NCBI GenBank assembly: GCA_963668175.1
Contig: OY764159.1
Location: 4,096,001-4,160,000 of the forward strand
Length of the DNA stretch: 64,000 nucleotides
Reading direction: 5' to 3'
Source of the DNA: Syntrophales bacterium
GTDB lineage: Bacteria > Desulfobacterota > Syntrophia > Syntrophales > PHBD01
Numbering within the stretch: position 1 is the stretch's first letter; every line of letters starts with the position of its first letter. A program made the translations under genes and the position numbers. Positions 31,123-41,652 of the stretch are shown piece after piece. The notes under the pieces were generated by a model that was given only the letters and a program-made list of their open reading frames with translations, had not been told where the DNA came from and ran no database searches.

Positions 31123-32514
31123 TCACTCACGGGACGTCAAGCGTGCACGGAGAAATTCTCTGAACAAGCCATAATCGTTGTCCAGGAATTCCGGCTCGCC
31201 CGTCCGGAGATCGATATCACTCATGCTCTTGGGCACGTCGGGGACGATGCCGAGAAGGTCCTTGATTTCATCAGGAAACTTGGCCGGATGGGCTGTCTCC
31301 AGGGAAACGCTTAATTTCGCATCCCCCCGGTCCCGGATATATTTTTCCAGCCCCAGCCAGCCCACGGCGCCGTGCGGTTCCAGAATGACGCCGTACATAT
31401 CGTAGGCCCTCTTGATCGTCTCCCGTGTTTCCCCATCGGACACGCTCACAGAGTAGATATGACGTCTCATTGTTTCAACGTCAGGATAACGGTGAACAGC
31501 GCCGTTGCGGTCGACAGTCCCGCCGTACAGGTCGAAGAAACGGGCCAGATTGCTGGGATGACCGACGTTCATGGCATTGGAGAGACAGGCCCGCGACGGC
31601 GATACTTTCTGATAGATGCCGGTCTTCAAGTAGTTCGGAAATTCGTCGTTTTCATTGGTCGGCATGACGAGCGTCCGGACCGGTAAGCCCATGCGCCGTG
31701 CAAATTCGCACCCCAGCGCATCGCCGAAATTGCCGGAAGGTACGGAAAAAACGATCTCGTCGTCCGGTCCCGCCAGCTTCGCGTAAGCATACACGTAATA
31801 GACAATCTGGGGAAGGATCCTGCCGAAATTGATGGAATTGGCCGATGTCAGGTTCAAACCGTCCAGGTCCGGGTCGGCAAAGGCTTGCTTGACAAGATTC
31901 TGGCAGTCGTCGAATTTGCCGTCCACGGAAACGGCCTGGACATTATCTCCGATCGTATCGAGCTGCTTCTTCTGCCTGCCGCTGACTTCGGCCCGGGGGT
32001 AGAGGATGGTCACGCTGATACCCTCCACACCCTTGAAGGCTTCGCCGACGGCGCTCCCCGTATCGCCCGATGTCGCCACCAGCACGTTCAATTTGCTGCC
32101 GCGGTCCCGGAAGCGGCTCATGAGGCGCGCCATCAACCGGGCGGCAAAGTCTTTGAACGACGCCGTAGGCCCCTGGTCCAGCCTCATGACGTATTTTCCG
32201 TCCGTCACGGGCTCGAGAGGCACGGTATAGTTATAGGCATCATGAACAATCGCGGACAGCGTATCCCGGTCCAGTTCGCTGCCGACGAACGCCTCGGCGA
32301 CCAGCATGGCGAACTCCGCATAGGGCTCATCTTTCAGGGCCAGGATATCCTTCACGGCCAGGAGGGGAACACGATCGGGCATAAAGAGACCCTCATCCGG
32401 CGCTTGCCCCATGAGGAGGGCTTCGCGGAAAGAGACCTTATCTTTGTACGGGATCACGCCCGATGCCGCGTCGAGGTAACGATTGGTGCTGTAGTATCTT
32501 ATTGGTGACGCCAT
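31123..32514 (-). CDS. thrC: Threonine synthase
   Basis: GPTASFKDFA (PLP Lys), ATSGDTGSA, SANSINFGR, VPSGNFG and ETAHPAKF. Confidence 0.96.
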   Translation of the reverse strand: MASPIRYYSTNRYLDAASGVIPYKDKVSFREALLMGQAPDEGLFMPDRVPLLAVKDILALKDEPYAEFAMLVAEAFVGSELDRDTLSAIVHDAYNYTVPLEPVTDGKYVMRLDQGPTASFKDFAARLMARLMSRFRDRGSKLNVLVATSGDTGSAVGEAFKGVEGISVTILYPRAEVSGRQKKQLDTIGDNVQAVSVDGKFDDCQNLVKQAFADPDLDGLNLTSANSINFGRILPQIVYYVYAYAKLAGPDDEIVFSVPSGNFGDALGCEFARRMGLPVRTLVMPTNENDEFPNYLKTGIYQKVSPSRACLSNAMNVGHPSNLARFFDLYGGTVDRNGAVHRYPDVETMRRHIYSVSVSDGETRETIKRAYDMYGVILEPHGAVGWLGLEKYIRDRGDAKLSVSLETAHPAKFPDEIKDLLGIVPDVPKSMSDIDLRTGEPEFLDNDYGLFREFLRARLTSRE

Positions 32515-32654
32515 TTTTCTACTCGCTCATGTTCATGGTTAATCACGGCCCATTGCCATTCGTCATGAATGGGCAAATTTTCACGTACTCAAATACGAAG
32601 ACGGCGGAGAGGCTTTGCGACGGAAGCCGCGAACACTTTATGTTTATACTTTCC

Positions 32655-33038
32655 TCATTCCGGCAGGACCATTACGGCTTCGATCTCCACTTCGGCCCCG
32701 CGGGGGAGAGCTGCCACTCCCACAGCCGCCCTTGCCGGAAACGGCTGTCGAAAATACGTCGCCATGATTTCGTTGACCTGAGGAAAAGAGGCCAAATCGG
32801 TCAGGTAGACGTTGACCTTGACAAAATCGCTAAGCGTACCGCCCGCGGCCTCCGCAACGGCAGAAAGATTCTGAAATACGCGGCGAATCTGTCCTTCTAT
32901 ACCCTCTTCAAGCTTCATGCTGATCGGATCGAGACCGATCTGCCCGGAAAGATAGACCGTACGGCCGACGCTTATCGCCTGGGAATAGGTGCCGATCGCC
33001 TGGGGAGCCCGATCGGTATGAACAACCTTTCGTTCCAT
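32655..33038 (-). CDS. ridA: RidA family reactive intermediate deaminase
   Basis: [17 protein letters not shown] and [19 protein letters not shown]. Confidence 0.93.
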   Translation of the reverse strand: MERKVVHTDRAPQAIGTYSQAISVGRTVYLSGQIGLDPISMKLEEGIEGQIRRVFQNLSAVAEAAGGTLSDFVKVNVYLTDLASFPQVNEIMATYFRQPFPARAAVGVAALPRGAEVEIEAVMVLPE

Positions 33039-33208
33039 GAGAAGGTTCTCCTCCTTTACCGAGCGACATTAAAGCGGATTAACCGTGATAAAGCAAGGGA
33101 AAACAGGCAGGTCACTTCTCGATCTTCACCGCTGCCTTTCAAGAGCGTTCTTGACCTGCCGAGGCATATGTTTTATATCTGCATTCATTAACATGGAGGT
33201 ATGTTTGC

Positions 33209-34261
33209 ATGGCAGACAAAGACGTTTTCCGCCTTACGGAAACCGTCCACGGCGCCGGTTGAGCCTGTAAGATAGGTCCGGAGGACCTATACGAGGCCTT
33301 GCGGGATTTGCCGCTCATCACTGACCCGAATCTGATCGTAGGCATGGAACATGCCGAGGACGCAGGGGTGTATCAACTGAAAGACGATCTTGCCATCATC
33401 CAGACAGTCGACTTTTTTACGCCGATCGTCGATGACCCTTACACATTCGGCCAGATAGCCGTCACGAACGCGCTGAGCGACGTCTATGCCATGGGCGGGA
33501 GGCCCATCACCGCCATGAATATCGTCTGCTTCCCCGTCAAGAAGATGGATATCCGGATTCTACGGCAAATTCTTCAAGGCGGACTGGACAAGATGAGGGA
33601 AGCGGGGGTCCTTTTGATAGGCGGGCACAGCGTAGAAGACGATGAGTTGAAGTACGGTTTGTCCGTGACGGGCGTCATTCATCCGGCGAAGGTGCTTCTG
33701 AATCGAGGCGCGAAACCCGGAGACAGCCTCATTCTGACAAAACCGCTGGGAACCGGTATCGTCTCTACGGCAATCAAGGCCGGCATGGCGGACGACAAAC
33801 TGATAGCCGAATCCGTCCGCTCCATGACCTCTCTGAACAGGGCTGCAGCCGAACTGCTGGCGAACGAACCGAACATCCACGCCTGCACGGATGTCACCGG
33901 CTTCGGCTTTCTCGGACACGCAGCCGAAATGATCGACGGCACCGATGTCGGCCTGACTATTTATGCATCGGCCGTCCCTTACTTTCCGGCAATAAGAGAT
34001 TTCATCGAAGGGGGCATCGTTCCCGGCGGCCTTTATCGCAACAGGGATCATCGTCTTAAACAGATCGACATTTCAAAAGACTGCCCGGACTGGATGGTCG
34101 ATATCCTCTTCGATCCCCAAACGGCGGGCGGCCTGCTGTTCGCCCTCCCGGCCAATCAAGCCGCCGACTTAATAAAGAAAATGCATTTTCATGGCATCGC
34201 TGCGGCATCGATCGTAGGAAAGGTCGTCGCCGAACCCAAGGGGAGAATCTACATTCAATAA
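33209..34261 (+). CDS. selD: Selenide, water dikinase (selenophosphate synthetase), selenocysteine-containing, 350 aa
   Basis: GGAGGT RBS, ATG at 33209, MADKDVFRLTETVHGAG-U(TGA 33260-33262)-ACKIGP, in frame with ORF 33299..34261 (EDAGVY, TVDFFTP, NALSDVYAMGG, TDVTGFG, DPQTAGGLL). Confidence 0.96.
33263..33297 (+). promoter_or_regulatory. Bacterial SECIS element of selD
   Basis: Immediately 3' of the TGA: perfect 8-bp stem ATAGGTCC/GGACCTAT (33272-33290) with a GGA loop, plus a lower GCCT/AGGC pairing. Confidence 0.8.
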
Positions 34262-34315
34262 TTATCCTGTACCGAGATCACAGGTATAACTTTTTTTATT
34301 TGAAAAGGCCGAAAC

Positions 34316-35221
34316 ATGGCAGGGAAAAAAATAGGAATAGCGCTGGGAAGCGGCTCCGCCCGCGGGTGGTCCCACATCGGCGTCATACGCAGTCTTCAGG
34401 AAGCCGGCATTCCCATCGAGATTGCCTGCGGTTCATCCATCGGCGCCTTGGTTGCCGGGGCATTGGCCGCCAATTTTCTGGATACGCTGGACCGTTGGGT
34501 GCGGGAGCTCAGTTGGACGGATCTGCTCCGGTTCATAGACCTCAGGCTGCCCAGGTCGGGGGTTATCGAGGGAGAGAAGATCACCGGCTATTTCAAACAG
34601 AACCTATCCGATGCCAACATTGAGGACCTCAGGATGCCTTTCGCCGCCGTTGCCACGGAATTGAACACCGGCCGCGAGATATGGATCCGCAAGGGATCGC
34701 TGATAGACGCCATCCGGGCCAGCGTCTCCCTCCCCGGTATCTTTACGCCCTATCAGGCGGGAGATCAGTGGCTGGTAGACGGGGGACTCGTCAATCCCGT
34801 GCCTGTATCCCTTTGCCGGGCCATGGGGGCGGACATCGTCATCGCCGTCAACCTCAACTCCGACATTATGGGCAAATCGGAAATACGACGAAACAGTTAC
34901 AATAACAGTACGTTACAGAAAAAAGTAGCCTCTTTCCTGAACAGGAATCTCCCCCGGGCCAATCTCAAAGCCTTCAAGCTTTTCGACCCCAGCGAAGCCC
35001 AAAGGGGTCCCAATCTCTTCGAAATCATTACAACGTCGGTCTATATTACCCAGGACTTGATCACCAAGCAGCGGCTCCAGGTGGACCCGCCGGATATTCT
35101 GATTACTCCGCGATTGGCGGAAATCGGGCTTTTGGACTTCAACCGGGCCGATGAGGCCGTTGAGGAAGGCCGGCGCGCCATGGATTTGCTGATTCCTTCC
35201 TTGGCATCGCTTCTCAAATGA
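34316..35221 (+). CDS. Patatin-like phospholipase (RssA/NTE family)
   Basis: LGSGSARG, GSSIG nucleophile elbow, ASVSLPG and DGG. Confidence 0.92.
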   Translation: MAGKKIGIALGSGSARGWSHIGVIRSLQEAGIPIEIACGSSIGALVAGALAANFLDTLDRWVRELSWTDLLRFIDLRLPRSGVIEGEKITGYFKQNLSDANIEDLRMPFAAVATELNTGREIWIRKGSLIDAIRASVSLPGIFTPYQAGDQWLVDGGLVNPVPVSLCRAMGADIVIAVNLNSDIMGKSEIRRNSYNNSTLQKKVASFLNRNLPRANLKAFKLFDPSEAQRGPNLFEIITTSVYITQDLITKQRLQVDPPDILITPRLAEIGLLDFNRADEAVEEGRRAMDLLIPSLASLLK

Positions 35222-35607
35222 TTTCCATCATACGCCATAGGCATATTTTACGGTTCTGCTTCACTGAAAAGCTGCCGGACAAACGTATCGAAAAGCCTTG
35301 CCATCTCCTGAAATTTGGGTTACGTGTTAAAGATTACTGGTACTATAAAAAAATATCGTTGCTATTTAACCGATTTTGCAATATGCACACAAGTCGGTTT
35401 TTATCATGATACCTTCTTTGGTTTAACAATATTAAGATAGGGTTCCGGATATTGCCTCATCTCAGGCGGTTCCCTAAAATCTGTTGGCCGGACAAAGAAA
35501 CAGGCAATCGATTTTACGTCGGGAGAAGGCTTGCTGGCATTTTCAAAATATAAATATTACAACTCGCGTCATTAAACCGGCATCCCACTCACAATTTCAA
35601 GGTCAAT

Positions 35608-36564
35608 ATGGACGATATGGATCATAAGGAATCATATACAGCCTGCATCCTGGCCGTGGACGATGAGAGGACCATCAGAGACCTCATTAAATCCGCCATG
35701 GAATTTGCGAGTTATAAATGCCTGATTGCGGACAGCGCATTAGAAGCCCTGCAAATACTGAGCGAGTCTAAAGTCGATGTCGTCGTCACGGACATTATGA
35801 TGCCCCAGATGGACGGCATGGAACTGACCGCCATCATCAAGGAGAAGTACGATACGGACGTTATCGTCATGACGGGCTACTCGGAAGACTTCACTTACGA
35901 AGAGACGATCGCCAAAGGGGCAAGCGACTTCATCCAGAAGCCGATTTCCATCACCGAATTGATCGTCCGGGTCAAGAGGGTTCTCAAGGAGAGGGCCCTG
36001 CTCATGGAACGCAATCGGGCCGAAGATGCCCTGAGGGACAGTGAAAAGCGTTTCCAGGAATTGAGCATAACCGACGGCCTGACCAACCTTTACAACTCCC
36101 GCCACTTTTACAGCCAACTCCAGATGGAACTGGACCGTTTCAGCCGCTATAAACGCCCGTTGACATTGATGCTGCTCGATATAGACGATTTCAAGCAGTA
36201 CAACGACACCTATGGCCATCTGGAGGGGGACGGCGTCCTTGCAAAATTGGCGGAAGTCATTAAACGGAGCCTGCGTAAAACGGATTCGGCATACCGTTAT
36301 GGCGGCGAAGAGTTCGTCATTATGCTGCCGGAAACATCCGCAGAGCAGGGGCTCATCACCGCCGAACGCATACGCCAGGAATTTCGGGACGAGGTGTTTC
36401 TGCCGGACTCGGGCCGGGATATCCATGTAACGGTGAGCATAGGCGTAACCCAGTACATTCACCCTGAGTCTTTGACAGCGTTTATCAACCGGGCCGATAA
36501 ATGCATGTACAAAGCCAAACATCACGGCAAGGATCAGGTGTTCTGCTCGCTGACCAATCCCTGA
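35608..36564 (+). CDS. Response-regulator diguanylate cyclase (REC-GGDEF)
   Basis: REC domain (VDDE, TDIMMP, KP); GGEEF active site with RKTD I-site. Confidence 0.93.
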   Translation: MDDMDHKESYTACILAVDDERTIRDLIKSAMEFASYKCLIADSALEALQILSESKVDVVVTDIMMPQMDGMELTAIIKEKYDTDVIVMTGYSEDFTYEETIAKGASDFIQKPISITELIVRVKRVLKERALLMERNRAEDALRDSEKRFQELSITDGLTNLYNSRHFYSQLQMELDRFSRYKRPLTLMLLDIDDFKQYNDTYGHLEGDGVLAKLAEVIKRSLRKTDSAYRYGGEEFVIMLPETSAEQGLITAERIRQEFRDEVFLPDSGRDIHVTVSIGVTQYIHPESLTAFINRADKCMYKAKHHGKDQVFCSLTNP

Positions 36565-36830
36565 CTCTCCGGGCGTCCCCGCAGGCTGCCCCGCGCATGA
36601 GGAATTTATACCGCGGCCATGGAGCGTACGCATTTGGATCGCCATCCTTTCCCTGCCAGCCTCACCGGAAACCGCGGCGGCCACTTATCTTATTTTGTGT
36701 TCAAAAACGCTTTCACCGATCCAGAAAATATTTTACACTCGATCCTTTGATTACGGACCTGCATTATGATACTTAGACGGACAATGCGCAGCATAGCATA
36801 AGCGCCAACAAACCGGGGCCTTTCCGAGTC

Positions 36831-37751
36831 ATGAGCTACGATCACTTCAAGAACATCACCATGCAGCAGATTGAAGCCCTGAAAGAATTGGTTGAAGCGG
36901 GCAGCTTTACGCGCGCCGCGGCCAACATGTTCATCACCCAGCCGACTCTCACCAAGCAGGTGAAGAACCTCGAAGAGACCATCCATGCGAAGATCATCAA
37001 CAGAAAACACTCCGGCATCACGCTGACCCCCGAGGGCAAGATCCTCTATGATTACGCCCGACGGATTCTTCGTCTGCGCAATGAAGCCAGGGAAAAAATC
37101 GTATCGATCCAGAACCACGATTCGGGCCATATTCTCATCAGTGCAAGCACGATTCCCGCCACGTATATCCTTCCGCAGGTATTTGGTCAGTTGAAAAGAC
37201 AGTACCCCGACATCCGCACCCACCTGCGGATGACCGACAGCGAGGACACCTACCAGGCCATCCTGGACGACTCGGCGGAAATCGGCTTTGTCGGCAAACC
37301 CATTGCGGACCGGAGGTTAACCGTTATTACCCTCTGGACGGATCGTCTGATCCTGACCGTACCGGAGGGACATCCCTGGTATGACCGCTCTGCGGTTACC
37401 CTGGAAGAAATCGAGCGGGAACCGTTCATCATGCGCGAGCCGGGCTCGGGCACCCGCGATACCGTGGAACAGTTCTTTCGGAAGAAAAGGGGGTGTGCTG
37501 ATCCGAATTTCAATGTGGTATGCGAAATGGGCAGTTCCGAAGCGGTCAAGGAATCCATCGCCGCCGGTTTAGGTATTTCCCTGCTGTCGATTTACGCGGT
37601 TAAGAGGGAGTTGCGTCAAGGATTGTTCCGCGAAATTCCCGTCGATGGCTGCTCCATTGAACGTCACTTCTACATGATTTACAAGAAACAGTTTCATTTA
37701 ATGAACTTTCACAAGAAATTCATTAATCTCGTCAAGACTTCCATCCCTTAA
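36831..37751 (+). CDS. LysR-family transcriptional regulator (CysL-like / selenium-metabolism-associated type)
   Basis: HTH motif GSFTRAA...TQP, ASTIPATYILP, REPGSGTR and SSEAVKE. Confidence 0.9.
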   Translation: MSYDHFKNITMQQIEALKELVEAGSFTRAAANMFITQPTLTKQVKNLEETIHAKIINRKHSGITLTPEGKILYDYARRILRLRNEAREKIVSIQNHDSGHILISASTIPATYILPQVFGQLKRQYPDIRTHLRMTDSEDTYQAILDDSAEIGFVGKPIADRRLTVITLWTDRLILTVPEGHPWYDRSAVTLEEIEREPFIMREPGSGTRDTVEQFFRKKRGCADPNFNVVCEMGSSEAVKESIAAGLGISLLSIYAVKRELRQGLFREIPVDGCSIERHFYMIYKKQFHLMNFHKKFINLVKTSIP

Positions 37752-37874
37752 CAGTTGTCTCATTCGAGGAATACATTTCCGCAAAGGGGCGGTTGGCTTA
37801 CCTGGTGCAGGCGGCAGGCTGAGGAGAACCTTCGCTTCAGAATTTCTGTGCTTATTGTGCGGCCATGGCGAGTT

Positions 37875-37914
37875 AAAAAAGCCGGAATCGCTTGGCCCTG
37901 CCGCGATTCCGGCT
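37875..37914 (-). terminator. Intrinsic terminator of the CsgG/FlgT-like operon
   Basis: 11-bp perfect stem GCCGGAATCGC/GCGATTCCGGC followed by T6 on the minus strand, just downstream of the stop at 37928. Confidence 0.85.
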
Positions 37915-37927
37915 CAAATTCCCTTGA

Positions 37928-39148
37928 TCAGGGCCTGGTTTCCACGAGTTGTCCGGTCCTCACCCGCTTTACCTGCTCGGCAGTCCCTTCGATCATTACC
38001 CAAGCCGTATCGGCACGGAGTTGTTCCGTCATCACCAGTGTGACGGGAAGTTTGGACTGGTCGCAGGTCTTCTTGCCCGTGAGCGGGTCTTCCAGATCGC
38101 TGAACGTGTAGACGGAAAGCCTTGTTCCTTCGTTCAACCCGTTGTTCCTGCCTATGTTGATGAGGGCGATGCGCTCTTTGCCGTCCGGGCTCGTTTTGAT
38201 CTGCAGGATGTAGCCCTTGGCGATAAACTGTTTGGCCAATGCGGGTTTCAGCTTTGACATATTCTGAGAGGCGGCCTTCTTGACCCCGCCCACGACTTCT
38301 GCAAAGCCAGGATAAGGCAGTTTGCCCAGACTCTCGCGGCCCGTTATTTTTTCCGAGAAGAGAACTTCCCCTGTTTCGACATCGATAATGCGGACCATGA
38401 CTTCGGCATCGACCCGCCAGCCTTCGCTCGCTTCGGCGGCTGCCGCTCCCGCCACGCCTGCGGCCATCGCGGCAACGCTTCCCCAGCCGTCCAGCTCTCG
38501 GCTCGCCCTGTTGCCTACATCGCGGGAGCCGCGGCGTACTGCTGCCAGACTTTTATAAGTAATTGCAATATTGTTGAAAGATCCGGTGACGATGTAACGC
38601 ACCCCGGCAAGTTTTCCCAGTTTCACCGCCGTCGATTCGTCCACCATGCCGGACTGCTGCAACTTCATTTCGTCGAAGACCTTCGACAGGTCTTTTCTTG
38701 CATAGACTTTGACGCCGCCCAGGTTCTTGAACTGGTCCATGACGCCGTCTTCAACGGACTCGCTCAGCTTGGAATTCATTTCCTGCTGGCTCATACGGAT
38801 ATCCTTCTGAAACCGGGTCCGGTCATTGACGCCCCACACGACCCCGACGCCCCCCGGCGCGGCACCGGCGGCCGCTCCGCCGCGAATATTCCTCTCGGAC
38901 GAGCCGGATACGTTCGCTTGAATTTCCTTGGCATAGTCGAAGGGCGTGTTATTCGAAAACGGCACGATCGCAACTTTCGGGATCGAAGATTCGTATAGCC
39001 CCTTGCAAGAGGGCGGAATGTTCTCTTTCGGCGCCTTGTCGACGATATAGGCCGATGCATCCATCTTCATGGCCGTCGGCGTAGATTCGGCGACGCAGCC
39101 CGCCATGCATAAACAACCTATAATGCACATCACAACCTTTTCATTCAT
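37928..39148 (-). CDS. CsgG/HfaB-like lipoprotein with FlgT-C-like C-terminal domain
   Basis: Lipobox-like MAGC, KVAIVPFSN, R.DL..VFDEMKLQQSGMVDESTAVKLGKLAGVRYIVTGS, VRIIDVETGEV and INIGRNNGLNEG. Confidence 0.8.
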   Translation of the reverse strand: MNEKVVMCIIGCLCMAGCVAESTPTAMKMDASAYIVDKAPKENIPPSCKGLYESSIPKVAIVPFSNNTPFDYAKEIQANVSGSSERNIRGGAAAGAAPGGVGVVWGVNDRTRFQKDIRMSQQEMNSKLSESVEDGVMDQFKNLGGVKVYARKDLSKVFDEMKLQQSGMVDESTAVKLGKLAGVRYIVTGSFNNIAITYKSLAAVRRGSRDVGNRASRELDGWGSVAAMAAGVAGAAAAEASEGWRVDAEVMVRIIDVETGEVLFSEKITGRESLGKLPYPGFAEVVGGVKKAASQNMSKLKPALAKQFIAKGYILQIKTSPDGKERIALINIGRNNGLNEGTRLSVYTFSDLEDPLTGKKTCDQSKLPVTLVMTEQLRADTAWVMIEGTAEQVKRVRTGQLVETRP

Positions 39149-39212
39149 GTATCTCCCCACCTTCCTCTTTCTCCGGATTTCGCGGCGTAATGAAAGCCGC
39201 CATTACGGTTAT

Positions 39213-40346
39213 CTATCTCTTATAATCCAAAACCAGCGAATAGGGCGTAAAATTGACCAGATCGAAATTTCCTTTTTGCTTCAGGCTGTTGGCGAGATAG
39301 AGGGCATTTTCCGGATAACCGACGGTGAACTCCCCCATTTGCTGTTCCTCGACATCCGTTACCCAAACCGTGTTCTGCAGGAATCCCTTGACTTCGATGT
39401 TGGTATCCATGTTCTTGACGCCGTTCACCTTGATCCGTACCCTTTTGACGTTGCCTTTGATAAATTTAAACGCATTGTCCAGGACTTTCGGCGAAAGCTT
39501 CTCCACGAGGTCTTCCATGCCCTTCGCCGCCGCATCCTCGACGTTGTTCGCAAGGCCTCGGCCGGAAACGGCATCCGCCGTCAATATTTCCATATTTCCG
39601 GTCTTGGTATTCTTCGCCAGCATCCGGTAAGTAAGCCTTACGGTCACGTTATTGAAAGGCATGGACAATCCGTAGCCTATATCTTCGCCTTTCTTAGTGG
39701 AAATGGTGTATTCGATTTTGCCGACGATGACCACATTCGAAAGGTAACGATAGAGCATGCTGCGGACGACCATCGTGCTCCCGCCCTTGGCGGCCTTTTC
39801 GATGGCGTCGGCATCGCCGGGATTGGCCGGGGCGGCATCGATCACCTTGAAGTTCTGCTCAGTGAGTTTTCCAATCAATTTCTCCGACAGGATATTGGTC
39901 TCGTCAAATTCATCCGCCCGGTCGGCTTTCGGCTTGCGTGCCGGGATGAAAACGGCAATGCCGCTGTTTAAGGACAAATCGGAAACGGCCTCCTTGGCCT
40001 GGTTAGGTTCGACACAGGCATTAATGCGGACGGTCAGGGTGTCCTGTTTCTTGTCCTGGCTCAACACCTTGAAACTTTTTACGGACCCGCCGGCCTTGGT
40101 CTTCATGACGTCTTCCACGACGGCAAAATTGGACACGAAACTGCCGGCCTTGACGTCAACGCCGACGGCCTGTTCGATGGCCGCCCATTTGGCCCGGGCA
40201 ATGGCCTCCAGCCTGGCGGAAGGGACATCATTGTTGTTGATGACGGCCTCGCCCTCGGCATTCAGGCACTTTTGCTGGCAATTTCCCTCCGCCGCAAAGA
40301 AGATGCCCGCAAACAATAATAAAAAGGCAAACACATATCTCCGCAT
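39213..40346 (-). CDS. Exported protein with FlgT N-terminal-like domain
   Basis: GGAGG RBS before ATG 40346, signal peptide, AEGEAVI...AR.EAI..AK.AAIEQAVGVDV. Confidence 0.75.
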   Translation of the reverse strand: MRRYVFAFLLLFAGIFFAAEGNCQQKCLNAEGEAVINNNDVPSARLEAIARAKWAAIEQAVGVDVKAGSFVSNFAVVEDVMKTKAGGSVKSFKVLSQDKKQDTLTVRINACVEPNQAKEAVSDLSLNSGIAVFIPARKPKADRADEFDETNILSEKLIGKLTEQNFKVIDAAPANPGDADAIEKAAKGGSTMVVRSMLYRYLSNVVIVGKIEYTISTKKGEDIGYGLSMPFNNVTVRLTYRMLAKNTKTGNMEILTADAVSGRGLANNVEDAAAKGMEDLVEKLSPKVLDNAFKFIKGNVKRVRIKVNGVKNMDTNIEVKGFLQNTVWVTDVEEQQMGEFTVGYPENALYLANSLKQKGNFDLVNFTPYSLVLDYKR

Positions 40347-40450
40347 GTCCCTTTCCTCCGATCTCAGATTATCTGACTTCATTAAATCGTTCGGCCTTTC
40401 ATTCTTCATTCGAACAGTCCCGCAACCCTGAGGCAATTCTTTGGGGCGCC

Positions 40451-41506
40451 TTACTTGCCCCTCAACTGTTCTTCCAGTTTCTTCCGGTTTTTGATGGCAG
40501 TCGATACCCTGTTGAGAGCCAGGGCAATATCGTCATCGGGTTTCCCGTAAATCTTGTCGGCCTGCAGGTAAAGGGATTGGGCGGCCTCCGCATCTCCGCG
40601 GCTTTCGGCACAAACGCCGAGATTATAAAGAAGGGAGACCGAAGAGGGTGCAAGGATCCGCGCTGCGCCCCAGCGTTCGCAGGCGGCATCGATGCGGCCC
40701 TTGTCCGCGAATTCGACGCCGTCTTTGAGCTTATCCCTGGCCTCCTTGACCTCAATGCCGTCCGTCGCATCCATGATCCTGATCTCTTCCGTGACATAAT
40801 ATGGGGCGATGTCCTTGCGGAATTCGGACTTGATATTGCCTTTCACCTGGTCCATGAGCTCGTTTTCGCCCTTCGGCTGGGTCCTGTCGTCGCAACCTGC
40901 TGAGTTGGCCGTTGACGACAGGGTCTTGGAATAAACAACCTTGCCGGTGGCGACCTCGATCAATTTGGGGGTCGCCGCAAAATTGGCGACCCTCTTTGTA
41001 CAATTTACGGAGTATGTCTTCCAGCGGATGCAGTCCCCGTCGTACGTCCGCCCTTCCTTATCCTTTTTCTTTTCCCATTCCTCACATGTTCGACGCTGTT
41101 CCCGGTAACGCGTCGTCTCGCATCCAGACACGGAAACGACGCCGCTGTATATACCTTGCGCTCCGACCATTTTGCCGATTCTGGCCGCAGTACTCTGGTC
41201 GACGAAACCGCTCTGGGACAGCTTCATTTCGTCCATCATCTTGCCGATGGAAGACCTGTCGACAAGGGTAAAATACTGTTTATCGTCGATATTGATTCCG
41301 CTTAAGACGCCTTCCATCTCGGCTGCGAATTCGCTTCCGCCGGGACCATCGAACGGCAAAACGGCAACGGTCTTGGTCAGCGAGGCCTGATGATACGATG
41401 CCGGCTTGAGCATATTGATTCGTACCTTGGTGGCACAACCCGTGACACCCAGGAAGGCTGATAATGCGAGGATAATGCATGTGCCTGCGGGACGGCGGAC
41501 ATTCAT
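40451..41506 (-). CDS. CsgG-like lipoprotein with C-terminal TPR
   Basis: Lipobox VTGC, TVAVLPF, LVDRS...EMKLSQSGFVD..TAARIGKMVGA, KLIEVATGKV and LYNLGV TPR motif. Confidence 0.78.
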   Translation of the reverse strand: MNVRRPAGTCIILALSAFLGVTGCATKVRINMLKPASYHQASLTKTVAVLPFDGPGGSEFAAEMEGVLSGINIDDKQYFTLVDRSSIGKMMDEMKLSQSGFVDQSTAARIGKMVGAQGIYSGVVSVSGCETTRYREQRRTCEEWEKKKDKEGRTYDGDCIRWKTYSVNCTKRVANFAATPKLIEVATGKVVYSKTLSSTANSAGCDDRTQPKGENELMDQVKGNIKSEFRKDIAPYYVTEEIRIMDATDGIEVKEARDKLKDGVEFADKGRIDAACERWGAARILAPSSVSLLYNLGVCAESRGDAEAAQSLYLQADKIYGKPDDDIALALNRVSTAIKNRKKLEEQLRGK

Positions 41507-41652
41507 ATATCATGCTTCCTTCTGGAAATGATGCGATAATTTTCCATAACTATAATGTGATTGCAAGAAATTTTTCGAAAAGCGAAAAGATAGAGACAGG
41601 CTGTTCTTCTGTCATGAGGTGGAGCGGGAAGTACCTGAAGGTCCCGGGGTTT

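Noticed and set aside
33299..34261. selD as a truncated gene or pseudogene
   Set aside because: The upstream TGA falls at the catalytic Cys/Sec position and is followed by a SECIS-like hairpin.
35218..35409. 63 aa ORF overlapping the patatin stop
   Set aside because: AT-rich and motif-less; more likely part of the regulatory region of the REC-GGDEF gene.
37786..37870. Segment beginning GGGGCGGTTGGCTTACCTGGTGCAGGCGGC, faintly like the 5' end of tRNA-Sec, near the LysR and selD
   Set aside because: No TCA anticodon loop, no GTTCRA T-loop and no acceptor-stem pairing.
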